DNA from: Limnohabitans sp. Rim8 | GTDB taxonomy: Bacteria; Pseudomonadota; Gammaproteobacteria; Burkholderiales; Burkholderiaceae_C | Assembly: GCF_945901735.1 (NCBI RefSeq) | Contig: NZ_CAMDLM010000019.1 | Coordinates: forward strand, 8,726 to 72,725 | Direction of reading: 5' to 3' | Length of the DNA stretch: 64,000 nucleotides | Shown here: positions 56,556 to 64,000 of the stretch, piece by piece | Numbering within the stretch: the first letter of the stretch is position 1 | Layout: every line of letters begins with the position of its first letter | Position numbers and translations under genes: made by a program | Notes under the pieces: model-generated | Told to the model about the DNA's origin: nothing | What the model saw: the letters and a program-made list of their open reading frames with translations, nothing else | Database searches by the model: none

Positions 56556-57432
56556 GGCCTGCCCCTACCAAAGTGGCCCTTTCGCCGGGCTGGCCCTGTG
56601 CGTCTTGGCCATGGGTCCGGCACTTGTTCTGGCCCAAACTTTGACAGAACCCGCCGCCTGCAGCCGACCGGTCTACCTGACTTTTGACACGGGCCACATG
56701 GGCACAGCCCCGCTGATTGCCCAAGTGCTGCAACGCCACAAGGTGCCGGTCACTTTTTTTGCGGCCCATGAAAAAACCCAGCAAGGCGATGGCTCCTTGG
56801 GTGAGCACTGGGCCGACTGGTGGCGAGCTCGGGGGGCCGAAGGCCATGCCTTTGCCTCGCACACCTGGGACCACGCTCATTGGCGCGCCGACCTGGATGG
56901 CCCGGGTGATGTGCGCTTTCGCATCCGCCCGAGTGCGGGCCAGCAGGCCGGTCAAAACTTGCAGTGGAGTGCCCCGCAGTATTGCGACAATCTGCGCCAG
57001 GCCGCCAACCGTTTGCAAGCCCTGACCGGGCAAACGCCTTTGCCGTTGTTTCGTGCACCCGGTGGCAAAACCTCGGCCCGGCTGCTGCAAGCGGCCCGGC
57101 AATGCGGCTATGCGCATGTGGGTTGGGCGGATGCCGGCTTTTTGGGCGACGAGTTGCCCAGCGAGCGTTACAGCAACGCCCATTTGCTGCACAAAGCCCT
57201 GCAAAACATCCGGCCCGGCGACATTCTGATGGCCCACTTGGGCATTTGGTCGCGCCAAGACCCTTGGGCCCCGGCCGTGTTGGAGCCCTTGATCGTGGGC
57301 CTGAAGGCCCGCGGCCTGTGCTTTGCCACTTTGCGCGAGCACCCCCAATACCGTGACTGGGTGCGACAACATCCCCTGCAACTGGCGCAGCCCAACCCAC
57401 CCCACGTGACCCAGCCCGCTCTAAGACCCTGA
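56539..57432 (+). CDS. polysaccharide deacetylase (NodB-homology) family protein, secreted
   Basis: Signal peptide ...LVLAQT. VYLTFDTGH replaces the usual TFDDG, and SHTWDH is the H-x-x-x-H motif. It overlaps the upstream gene by 17 nt. Confidence 0.7.
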   Translation: MRRATEACPYQSGPFAGLALCVLAMGPALVLAQTLTEPAACSRPVYLTFDTGHMGTAPLIAQVLQRHKVPVTFFAAHEKTQQGDGSLGEHWADWWRARGAEGHAFASHTWDHAHWRADLDGPGDVRFRIRPSAGQQAGQNLQWSAPQYCDNLRQAANRLQALTGQTPLPLFRAPGGKTSARLLQAARQCGYAHVGWADAGFLGDELPSERYSNAHLLHKALQNIRPGDILMAHLGIWSRQDPWAPAVLEPLIVGLKARGLCFATLREHPQYRDWVRQHPLQLAQPNPPHVTQPALRP

Positions 57433-57438
57433 ACCGCC

Positions 57439-58401
57439 ATGGACAGCCTGATCGACGCCTTTTCTTGGATGCAACAAAGCCTGTTCGAGGCCGTGGTGCA
57501 GCCTCTGGTCTTTGCCCTGGGCCTGGCCCAATTGTTAGAAAAAGCCTACGAAGGCACAGGTTGGCTGGTGGTGGGTCTGCTGCAGATAGCGGTTTTGCTC
57601 ATGGTGCTGGGCCCGATGCAGCGGCGCTGGCCGGTCGAGCCGGTGCTAGACACCCGTGCCGTGCGGGTGGACGTGGTCTACACCCTGATCCAGCGCTTGG
57701 GGCTATTCAAGCTGGCCATGTTTTTTTCCTTCGAATGGCTGTTTGAACAAGCTTGGGGCAGCTTGCGCGGCCTGGGCGCACCCACTTGGCACCTCGACCA
57801 GTTCTGGCCCGGTGTCAGCGATGTGGCTTGGGTCAGCTTTTTGATTTACCTGGTGGTGTTTGATTTTGTGCACTACTGGCTGCACCGGGGTCAGCACCAA
57901 CTGCCGCGTTGGTGGGCCCTGCACAGCCTGCACCATGCGCAGCGCCAGATGACCATGTGGTCGGACAACCGCAACCACTTGCTCGACGATGTGCTGACCA
58001 GTTTGGCCCTGTCGGTGGTGGCGGTGCTGGTCGGGGTGGGGCCGGGGCAGTTTGTGGCCTTGGTGGCGCTGGGCCAGTTGAGCGAAAACTTCCAGCACGG
58101 CAACTTGCGCTTCTGGTTTGGCCGCATCGGCGAGCGGCTGTGGGTCAGCCCGCGTTTTCACCGTCGTCACCACAGCATCGGCATTGGCCACGAGACCGAG
58201 CGCCAAGGCCAGCGGCACCTGGGCGGCTGCAACTACGGCGTGCTCTTGCCCTGGTGGGACATGCTGTTTGGCACCGCCGATTTCACGCTGCGCTACGACC
58301 CGACCGGCATCCGCGACCAGGTCGAAAAAGGCCGAGACTACGGGCAAGGCTTTTGGGCACAGCAGTGGCTGGGCGTGCAGCGTCTGTTCGGACGGGCTTG
58401 A
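57439..58401 (+). CDS. sterol desaturase / fatty acid hydroxylase superfamily membrane protein
   Basis: Histidine boxes HYWLHRGQH, HSLHH and HRRHH. Several transmembrane helices. It starts 6 nt after the upstream stop. Confidence 0.8.
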   Translation: MDSLIDAFSWMQQSLFEAVVQPLVFALGLAQLLEKAYEGTGWLVVGLLQIAVLLMVLGPMQRRWPVEPVLDTRAVRVDVVYTLIQRLGLFKLAMFFSFEWLFEQAWGSLRGLGAPTWHLDQFWPGVSDVAWVSFLIYLVVFDFVHYWLHRGQHQLPRWWALHSLHHAQRQMTMWSDNRNHLLDDVLTSLALSVVAVLVGVGPGQFVALVALGQLSENFQHGNLRFWFGRIGERLWVSPRFHRRHHSIGIGHETERQGQRHLGGCNYGVLLPWWDMLFGTADFTLRYDPTGIRDQVEKGRDYGQGFWAQQWLGVQRLFGRA

Positions 58402-58429
58402 AGGGATGGCTTGGGTTAAGCTTTCCCCC

Positions 58430-59365
58430 ATGAAACTCCTGATCGATTCCTTTTGGCGCGCGGCCGTGTATTGCCTGTATCCCCGAGTGATCGGTCTGTC
58501 GGTGTTGCCCTTGGTCTTGATCGTGGCCCTGTCGTGGTTGCTGGGGTACTTGTATTGGGACACGGCCGTCACCTTTGTGCGTGGCTGGCTCGATGCCAGC
58601 GCCTGGCTGGACACGGTCTGGCGCTGGTTCGAAGGCGTGGGATTGGGCAACCTCAAAACCGTGGTGGCCCCCCTGCTGGTGATTTTTGCTTTCACGCCCT
58701 TGGTGGTGGTGGCGTCCTTGCTGGCCGTGTCGTTCATGATGACCCCAGCCCTCACGCGCATGGTGGCCGAGCGGCGTTTTGCCGGCTTGCAGCGCAAGCA
58801 CGGCGGCAGTTTGTTTTTGAGTCTGGGGTGGACCTTTTTCTCGCTGGTGCTGGCGCTGGGGGCGATGGTGCTGACTTTGCCCATGTGGTTGGTGCCGCCC
58901 TTGGCCTTGGTGCTGCCCGCGTTCATCTGGGGCTGGCTGACCTACCGCGTCATGGCGTTTGATGTGCTGGCTGAATTTGCCAGTGCCGACGAGCGCCACA
59001 CCCTCATGGCACGCCACCGCATGAGCTTTTTGGGCATGGGCGTGGTCACCGGTCTCATGGGCGCTGCGCCCAGCCTGGTGTGGGCCTCGGGGGCCTTGTT
59101 TGCCGCGGCCTTTGTGATTTTGGTGCCCGTGGCCATCTGGATTTACACCCTGGTGTTCGCCTTTTCTTCGCTTTGGTTCGCGCATTTCGGCCTGGCCGCC
59201 TTGCAGGCCCTGCGGGACGAGCCCCGGCAAGCGTCCCTGGACGAGGTCTTGCCTGCGGCGCCTGCGGTGGCGGGCGTTTCGCCACATGCAGCGGCCCGCC
59301 TGGGGCGAGACGAGCCGGACCAGATCGATGGCATCACCGACGTCGTGCCGCGACTCAAGCCCTGA
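58430..59365 (+). CDS. EI24 (CysZ-like) domain membrane protein
   Basis: ATG 58430 (MKLLIDSFWRAAVYCLYPRV...), with 58406 as an alternative. The polytopic profile is typical of the EI24 family. Confidence 0.6.
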   Translation: MKLLIDSFWRAAVYCLYPRVIGLSVLPLVLIVALSWLLGYLYWDTAVTFVRGWLDASAWLDTVWRWFEGVGLGNLKTVVAPLLVIFAFTPLVVVASLLAVSFMMTPALTRMVAERRFAGLQRKHGGSLFLSLGWTFFSLVLALGAMVLTLPMWLVPPLALVLPAFIWGWLTYRVMAFDVLAEFASADERHTLMARHRMSFLGMGVVTGLMGAAPSLVWASGALFAAAFVILVPVAIWIYTLVFAFSSLWFAHFGLAALQALRDEPRQASLDEVLPAAPAVAGVSPHAAARLGRDEPDQIDGITDVVPRLKP

Positions 59366-59393
59366 TGCCGGACTGTTCTTTTCAACTGACCTC

Positions 59394-60221
59394 ATGAGTT
59401 TTTCCATGACCCCCACCTTTGGCCTGATCATCATTGGCGACGAAATCATGTCCGGCAAGCGCCAGGACAAGCACATGCCCAAAGTCATCGAACTGATGAA
59501 TGAGCGCGGCCTGAGCTTGAGTTGGGCCGAGTACGTGGGCGACTCGCCTGAGCGCATCACAGCCACTTTGCAGCGCGCTTTGGCGTCGCCCAACGTGGTG
59601 TTCAGCTGCGGCGGCATTGGCGCGACGCCCGATGACCACACCCGCCAATGTGCGGGCAAAGCCTTGGGTGTGCCGCTGGCCTTGCACCCCGAGGCCAAGC
59701 GCTTGATTCAAGAGCGCATGCAAGACACCGCCAAAGAGCAGGGCGTGGTTTATGAGCCAGACCGGCCAGACAATATCCACCGCCTGAACATGGGCACCTT
59801 CCCAGCGGGCGCAGACATCATTCTCAACCCGTACAACAAAATTCCCGGCTTCAGTTGCCGTGGCCCAGGTGGCGGTGCAGTGCACTTTGTGCCGGGCTTT
59901 CCGGTCATGGCCTGGCCCATGATCGCGTCGGTACTGGACGCCCAGTACAGCGCCTATTTCCGCCAACACGCTTATGTCGAGAAGTCGGTGATCGTTTTGG
60001 GCGCCATGGAAGCCACCTTGACCCCGCTCATGGAGACCATCGAAGCTGCGCACCCGGGCGTGAAGGTGTTCAGTCTTCCCAGTGTGGACCACCCGCAATG
60101 GGGAAGGCACATAGAACTGGGCGTGAAAGGCGAACCCGCCAACGCGCAAGCGGCCTACCTCAGCTTGCGGGAAGGCCTGAAGGCATTCACGCTCGAATAT
60201 GGCCCCGAATTGGTGCGATAA
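59394..60221 (+). CDS. CinA-like / MoCF-biosynthesis (molybdopterin-binding) domain protein
   Basis: ATG 59394. FGLIIIGDEIMSGKRQDKH and VVFSCGGIGATPDDHT. Confidence 0.7.
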   Translation: MSFSMTPTFGLIIIGDEIMSGKRQDKHMPKVIELMNERGLSLSWAEYVGDSPERITATLQRALASPNVVFSCGGIGATPDDHTRQCAGKALGVPLALHPEAKRLIQERMQDTAKEQGVVYEPDRPDNIHRLNMGTFPAGADIILNPYNKIPGFSCRGPGGGAVHFVPGFPVMAWPMIASVLDAQYSAYFRQHAYVEKSVIVLGAMEATLTPLMETIEAAHPGVKVFSLPSVDHPQWGRHIELGVKGEPANAQAAYLSLREGLKAFTLEYGPELVR

Positions 60222-60249
60222 CCCAGGATGCACCAAAAAAATGAATAAT

Positions 60250-60266
60250 TGCACTAAATTGGTGCA
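60250..60266. promoter_or_regulatory. NtrC-type enhancer site (TGCACTAAATTGGTGCA)
   Basis: It matches the TGCACC-N5-GGTGCA dyad and lies about 190 bp upstream of the sigma54 promoter. An extra TGCACC half-site is at 60229-60234. Confidence 0.6.
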
Positions 60267-60442
60267 ATTCAAGACGATCCAGAGGCTCTCAAGTCCAGTC
60301 CATCCCCCTCAGGTTTCAGTCAAAAGCCACGCTATCTTGGGTGATGACCACGACGGACTCTTTTTTTGTGCAGAGCCAAGGCCCATTTCGGGCTGCTCAG
60401 GGCACAATCAGGGGTTGTTCGGTGGCGTGGTCAGGGCCTGGT

Positions 60443-60458
60443 TGGCACAGAAACTGCA
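60443..60458 (+). promoter_or_regulatory. sigma54 (-24/-12) promoter of glnA
   Basis: TGGCAC agaaa CTGCA has correct GG/GC spacing and lies about 48 nt upstream of the glnA ATG. Confidence 0.7.
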
Positions 60459-60505
60459 AGACCTGTGAGCAAGCTTTTTAACCCCTTTCCATTCAGGAGA
60501 ATTTG

Positions 60506-61921
60506 ATGGCCAAGACCGTCGCAGACGTGATGAAGATGGTGAAAGAGAACGAAGTCAAGTTTGTTGACTTCCGTTTCACCGATACCCGTGGCAAATGGCA
60601 GCACATCACTGCACCCGTGTCGCAGTTTGACGAAAGCAAGTTTGAAGACGGTCAAGCTTTTGACGGCTCTTCGATTGCGGGTTGGAAAGGCATTGAAGCT
60701 TCGGACATGTTGTTGATCCCTGATCCCAACAGCGCCATAATTGACCCATTTTTTGAAGAAGTCACCTTGGTCATGATTTGCGACGTGATCGAGCCGACAG
60801 ACGGCAAAGCCTACGAGCGTGACCCACGTTCGATCGCCAAGCGCGCTGAAACTTACCTCAAGCAATCGGGCCTGGGCGACACCGCCTACTTTGGCCCCGA
60901 GCCAGAATTCTTCTTGTTTGACGAAGTTCGTTGGAGCACCGAGCCCAACAACACTTTCTACGCCATCGACGAAGCCGAAGCGCCCTGGAACAGCGGCACC
61001 AAGATGGACGGCGGCAACAAAGGCCACCGCAACCGCGTCAAGGGCGGCTATTTCCCAGTGCCACCCGTTGACAGCACACACGACATGCGCAGTGAAATGT
61101 CACTGATTTTGGAATCCGTGGGCATCCCGGTCGAAGTGCACCACCACGAAGTGGCGGGCGCGGGTCAGTGCGAAATCGGCACACGTTTTTCGACCCTGGT
61201 CGAGCGCGCTGACTGGACATTGCTGCAAAAGTACGTGATCCACAACGTGGCCAACGCCTACGGCAAAACCGCCACCTTCATGCCCAAGCCCTACGCGGGC
61301 GACAACGGCTCTGGCATGCACGTGCACCAGTCCATCTGGAAAGACGGCAAGAACCTGTTCGCCGGCAATGGCTACGCTGGTTTGTCTGAGTTCGCTTTGT
61401 TCTACATCGGCGGCATCATCAAGCACGCCCGTGCACTGAACGCGATCACCAACCCCGGCACCAACAGCTACAAGCGCCTGGTTCCTCACTACGAAGCCCC
61501 GGTTAAATTGGCTTACTCGGCCAAGAACCGCTCGGCCTCGATCCGGATCCCCAACGTCGCCAGCGACAAGGGCCGCCGCGTGGAAGCCCGCTTCCCAGAT
61601 CCATTGTGCAACCCCTATCTCGGTTTCGCGGCCTTGTTGATGGCGGGCTTGGACGGTATCGAAAACAAGATCCATCCCGGCGAAGCTGCAACCAAGGACC
61701 TGTACCACTTGCCGCCAGAAGAAGACAAGTTGGTCCCAACAGTTTGCTCCAGCCTCGACCAGGCTTTGGACTGCCTGAACGCCGACCGCGCCTTTTTGAC
61801 CAAGGGCGGCGTGTTCACCGACTCTTGGATCGACGCTTACATCGAATTGAAGATGCAAGAAGTCAACCGCAGCCGCGTCGAAGTGTCGCCGGTTGAGTAC
61901 GACATGTATTACTCGCTCTAA
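60506..61921 (+). CDS. glnA: glutamine synthetase, type I
   Basis: ATG 60506 follows [26 protein letters not shown] and the adenylylation-site context [10 protein letters not shown]. Confidence 0.95.
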   Translation: MAKTVADVMKMVKENEVKFVDFRFTDTRGKWQHITAPVSQFDESKFEDGQAFDGSSIAGWKGIEASDMLLIPDPNSAIIDPFFEEVTLVMICDVIEPTDGKAYERDPRSIAKRAETYLKQSGLGDTAYFGPEPEFFLFDEVRWSTEPNNTFYAIDEAEAPWNSGTKMDGGNKGHRNRVKGGYFPVPPVDSTHDMRSEMSLILESVGIPVEVHHHEVAGAGQCEIGTRFSTLVERADWTLLQKYVIHNVANAYGKTATFMPKPYAGDNGSGMHVHQSIWKDGKNLFAGNGYAGLSEFALFYIGGIIKHARALNAITNPGTNSYKRLVPHYEAPVKLAYSAKNRSASIRIPNVASDKGRRVEARFPDPLCNPYLGFAALLMAGLDGIENKIHPGEAATKDLYHLPPEEDKLVPTVCSSLDQALDCLNADRAFLTKGGVFTDSWIDAYIELKMQEVNRSRVEVSPVEYDMYYSL

Positions 61922-61926
61922 GCATC

Positions 61927-62520
61927 ATGACCACCATTGCACACCCACCTGTGCAATGCTCTGTAAGGACGGCCTCGGCCGTCCTTTTTTTGCTTTGGCT
62001 GTGTGCAGGCATGGCCGCACAAGCCCAGCAAGCGGTTTACCGCTGCGGCCAGGAGTACACCAATGCCCCGCGTGAGCCTGGATTGTGCGAACCCTTGGCC
62101 CAACAGGCCATCACCGTGATCAACGGCACCCGCCCCGCACCTTCGCCTGCTGCAGCGCCCACTGCCGTGCCTGCCCGCAGCACCAAACCCGGTGCCGCTG
62201 AAGCTGCCTCGGCTGACCCGCCCGATACCCCCGCAGTGGCGGCCCGCACCCCGGATGTGCAGCAAAGCGAGCGCGATGCGCAAGCGCGCACCATCTTGAC
62301 GCAGGAGCTGGACAAGGCCCGTGCACAGCTGGCGCAGTTGCTGCAAAGCTTCAACCAAGGCGAGCCCGAAAAGTGGGCCGCTGAGACCCGTAACCATCAG
62401 AAATACCTGGACCGTGTGGCAGAGATGAAGGCGGCCATCGAACGCACCGAACGCGACATCGACAGCCTGCAACGCGAGCTGGTGCGCCGCACTGTGCAGA
62501 CCAGCCGCCGCACGCCATGA
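61927..62520 (+). CDS. DUF4124-like secreted protein
   Basis: Signal peptide ...LWLCAGMAAQA-QQ, then AVYRCGQEYTN (DUF4124-like), a Pro/Ala linker and a coiled-coil tail. Its stop overlaps the ntrB start (ATGA). Confidence 0.6.
   Translation: MTTIAHPPVQCSVRTASAVLFLLWLCAGMAAQAQQAVYRCGQEYTNAPREPGLCEPLAQQAITVINGTRPAPSPAAAPTAVPARSTKPGAAEAASADPPDTPAVAARTPDVQQSERDAQARTILTQELDKARAQLAQLLQSFNQGEPEKWAAETRNHQKYLDRVAEMKAAIERTERDIDSLQRELVRRTVQTSRRTP
61965..61991 (+). terminator. rho-independent terminator-like hairpin just after glnA, inside the next ORF
   Basis: AAGGACGGCC tc GGCCGTCCTT followed by TTTTTG. Confidence 0.65.
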
Positions 62521-63578
62521 ACGCCCCCCACCGTTTCCAGGCCTTTGATTTGCTGGCCACGCCCGTGGCTGTGATGCAGGGCCAAGGCCGTGTGCGCTTT
62601 GTCAACGCAGCGCTCGAAGATGCTTTGGGCCTGTCCCGGCGCACGCTGTTCGACACCCACTTGCCTGACTATTTTGTTGATCCGCAGCCCCTGATCATGG
62701 CTTTGTCCGGGGCCCAGTCCAACGAGTTTGCCGCGCTGCGCTACGAAGCCCAACTGCGCCGCCTGCACCACGATGAACCTTTGCCCGTGCATGTGATTGT
62801 GGCGCTGACCGATCTGCCAGACGAAGTGATTGTGGAGTTGCTGCCGGTGGAGCAGCAAACCCGGCAAGAGCGAGAAGAGCGGCTGCTCGACCAGGCCCAA
62901 GCCAACCAGGAGCTGATCCGCAACCTGGCGCATGAGATCAAGAACCCGCTGGGCGGCATTCGCGGTTCGGCGCAGTTGCTGGAAATGGAGCTTGAAGACA
63001 AGGAGTTGACCGAGTACACGCAAGTCATCATCCACGAGGCGGACCGGTTGCAGACCCTGGTGGACCGCTTGCTGGCCCCGCACCGCAGGCCGCATGTGGT
63101 GGGCGATGTGAACATCCACGAGGTGTGCGAGCGCGTGCGAGCCTTGATCTTGGCCGAGTTCCCCCGGGGACTGAAGGTGGTGCGCGACTACGACATCTCG
63201 ATCCCCGAGTTTCGCGGCGACCGCGAGCAGCTGATTCAGGCGGTGCTCAACATCGCGCACAACGCAGCGCAGGCTTTGCAAGAGCGCCTTGCACAGGGCG
63301 ACGCGCAGATCACGCTCAAGACCCGGGTCTTGAGGCAAGTCACGTTTGGCAAGCAGCGTTATCGCCTGGCATTGGAATTGCATGTAATAGACAACGGGCC
63401 TGGTGTTCCAGACTCGATCAAGGACCGCATTTTCTTCCCGTTGATTTCGGGGCGCGAAGGCGGCTCAGGCCTGGGGCTCACTTTGGCGCAAACCTTTGTG
63501 CAGCAACACCATGGCCTGATCGAGTGTGACAGTGAGCCAGGCCGTACGGACTTCAAGATCCTGATTCCTTTGCCTTGA
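62517..63578 (+). CDS. ntrB: nitrogen regulation sensor histidine kinase NtrB
   Basis: PAS-like N-terminus, H-box LAHEIKNPLGGIRGSAQLL, the N/G boxes, and GGSGLGLTLAQ. Confidence 0.9.
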   Translation: MNAPHRFQAFDLLATPVAVMQGQGRVRFVNAALEDALGLSRRTLFDTHLPDYFVDPQPLIMALSGAQSNEFAALRYEAQLRRLHHDEPLPVHVIVALTDLPDEVIVELLPVEQQTRQEREERLLDQAQANQELIRNLAHEIKNPLGGIRGSAQLLEMELEDKELTEYTQVIIHEADRLQTLVDRLLAPHRRPHVVGDVNIHEVCERVRALILAEFPRGLKVVRDYDISIPEFRGDREQLIQAVLNIAHNAAQALQERLAQGDAQITLKTRVLRQVTFGKQRYRLALELHVIDNGPGVPDSIKDRIFFPLISGREGGSGLGLTLAQTFVQQHHGLIECDSEPGRTDFKILIPLP

Positions 63579-63613
63579 AGCACACCAGTTTGACCACAGA
63601 AAGTGCCACTTTG

Positions 63614-64000
63614 ATGAAGCCGATCTGGATCGTAGACGATGACCAATCCATCCGCTTTGTGCTCGAAAAAGCACTGCTGCGCGAAGGCCTGCCGACGCGC
63701 AGTTTCACTAACCCGCGCGAGGTGATGAAGGCGCTGGAGGCCGAGGGCGAGCGTGACGGCCCGCAGGTGCTGGTCAGCGACATCCGCATGCCCGGCGGTT
63801 CGGGTCTGGATTTGCTCACGGCCATCAAGCAACGCATGCCCGGTTTGCCGGTCATCATCATGACCGCGTTTTCTGACTTGGACAGCGCAGTCTCTGCCTT
63901 TCAAAACGGGGCTTTCGAGTACCTGCCCAAGCCCTTTGACTTGCCCAAAGCGGTGGAGCTGATCCGCCGCGCGGTGGGTGAGAGCCAGCGCGAAGACGTG
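63614..64000 (+). CDS. ntrC: nitrogen regulation response regulator NtrC, N-terminal part (3' end outside the window)
   Basis: This gene is not in the ORF track because no stop falls in the window. ATG 63614 gives MKPIWIVDDDQSIRFVLEKAL...VLVSDIRMPGGSGLDLL...AFEYLPKPFD, a receiver domain. Confidence 0.9.
   Translation, partial: MKPIWIVDDDQSIRFVLEKALLREGLPTRSFTNPREVMKALEAEGERDGPQVLVSDIRMPGGSGLDLLTAIKQRMPGLPVIIMTAFSDLDSAVSAFQNGAFEYLPKPFDLPKAVELIRRAVGESQREDV

Noticed and set aside
1-64000. Search by eye for tRNA, rRNA, tmRNA, integrase, transposase, phage or conjugation genes
   Set aside because: I saw no T-loop-like GGTTCGAATCC contexts, no rRNA-like stretches, and no recombinase-like ORFs. 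The 2.7-5.1 kb islet is therefore not called a mobile element. A tRNAscan, Infernal and ISfinder run would be the decisive check.

Overview
This is a gene-dense, high-GC chromosomal segment. Gene content and synteny suggest core genome of a betaproteobacterium, probably Burkholderiales or Comamonadaceae-like; that taxonomic call is inference. The supporting gene groups are rpsP-rimM-trmD-rplS, purM divergent from AI-2E permease-hda-HAD-pcnB-folK, argD-argF, kynB-kynU-kynA, glnA-DUF4124-ntrB-ntrC, and prfB with its +1 frameshift. I call 67 protein-coding genes plus one decayed gene. Several ORF-track starts were moved to internal ATG/GTG/TTG codons where an RBS, a 4-bp ATGA stop/start overlap or family N-termini support it. 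I found no rRNA, tRNA, CRISPR array, integrase or transposase. Most long unassigned ORFs in the track are mirror-strand or out-of-frame artefacts of high GC. The only clearly accessory stretch is about 0.7-5.1 kb. It holds a Phd/YefM-VapC toxin-antitoxin pair with an operator-like palindrome pair. It also holds a visibly AT-richer islet with an orphan AlbA_2/HATPase_c_4/wHTH protein, a 4 x 11-bp tandem repeat and a frameshifted HNH nuclease remnant. Non-coding structure worth a second look includes a pair of ~95-bp structured direct repeats that contain the stop codons of two convergent genes (54.5 kb). It also includes a 69-nt hairpin between two terminators (15.3 kb), REP-like palindromes (9.2 kb), and a 17/18-identical promoter-like module upstream of both rpsP and rplS. 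I do not see a convincing novel multi-gene system. The best candidates are the decayed AlbA_2/HNH islet and a tightly packed beta-propeller / variant NodB deacetylase / fatty-acid-hydroxylase cluster. All domain calls rest on motif recognition by eye, not on database searches.
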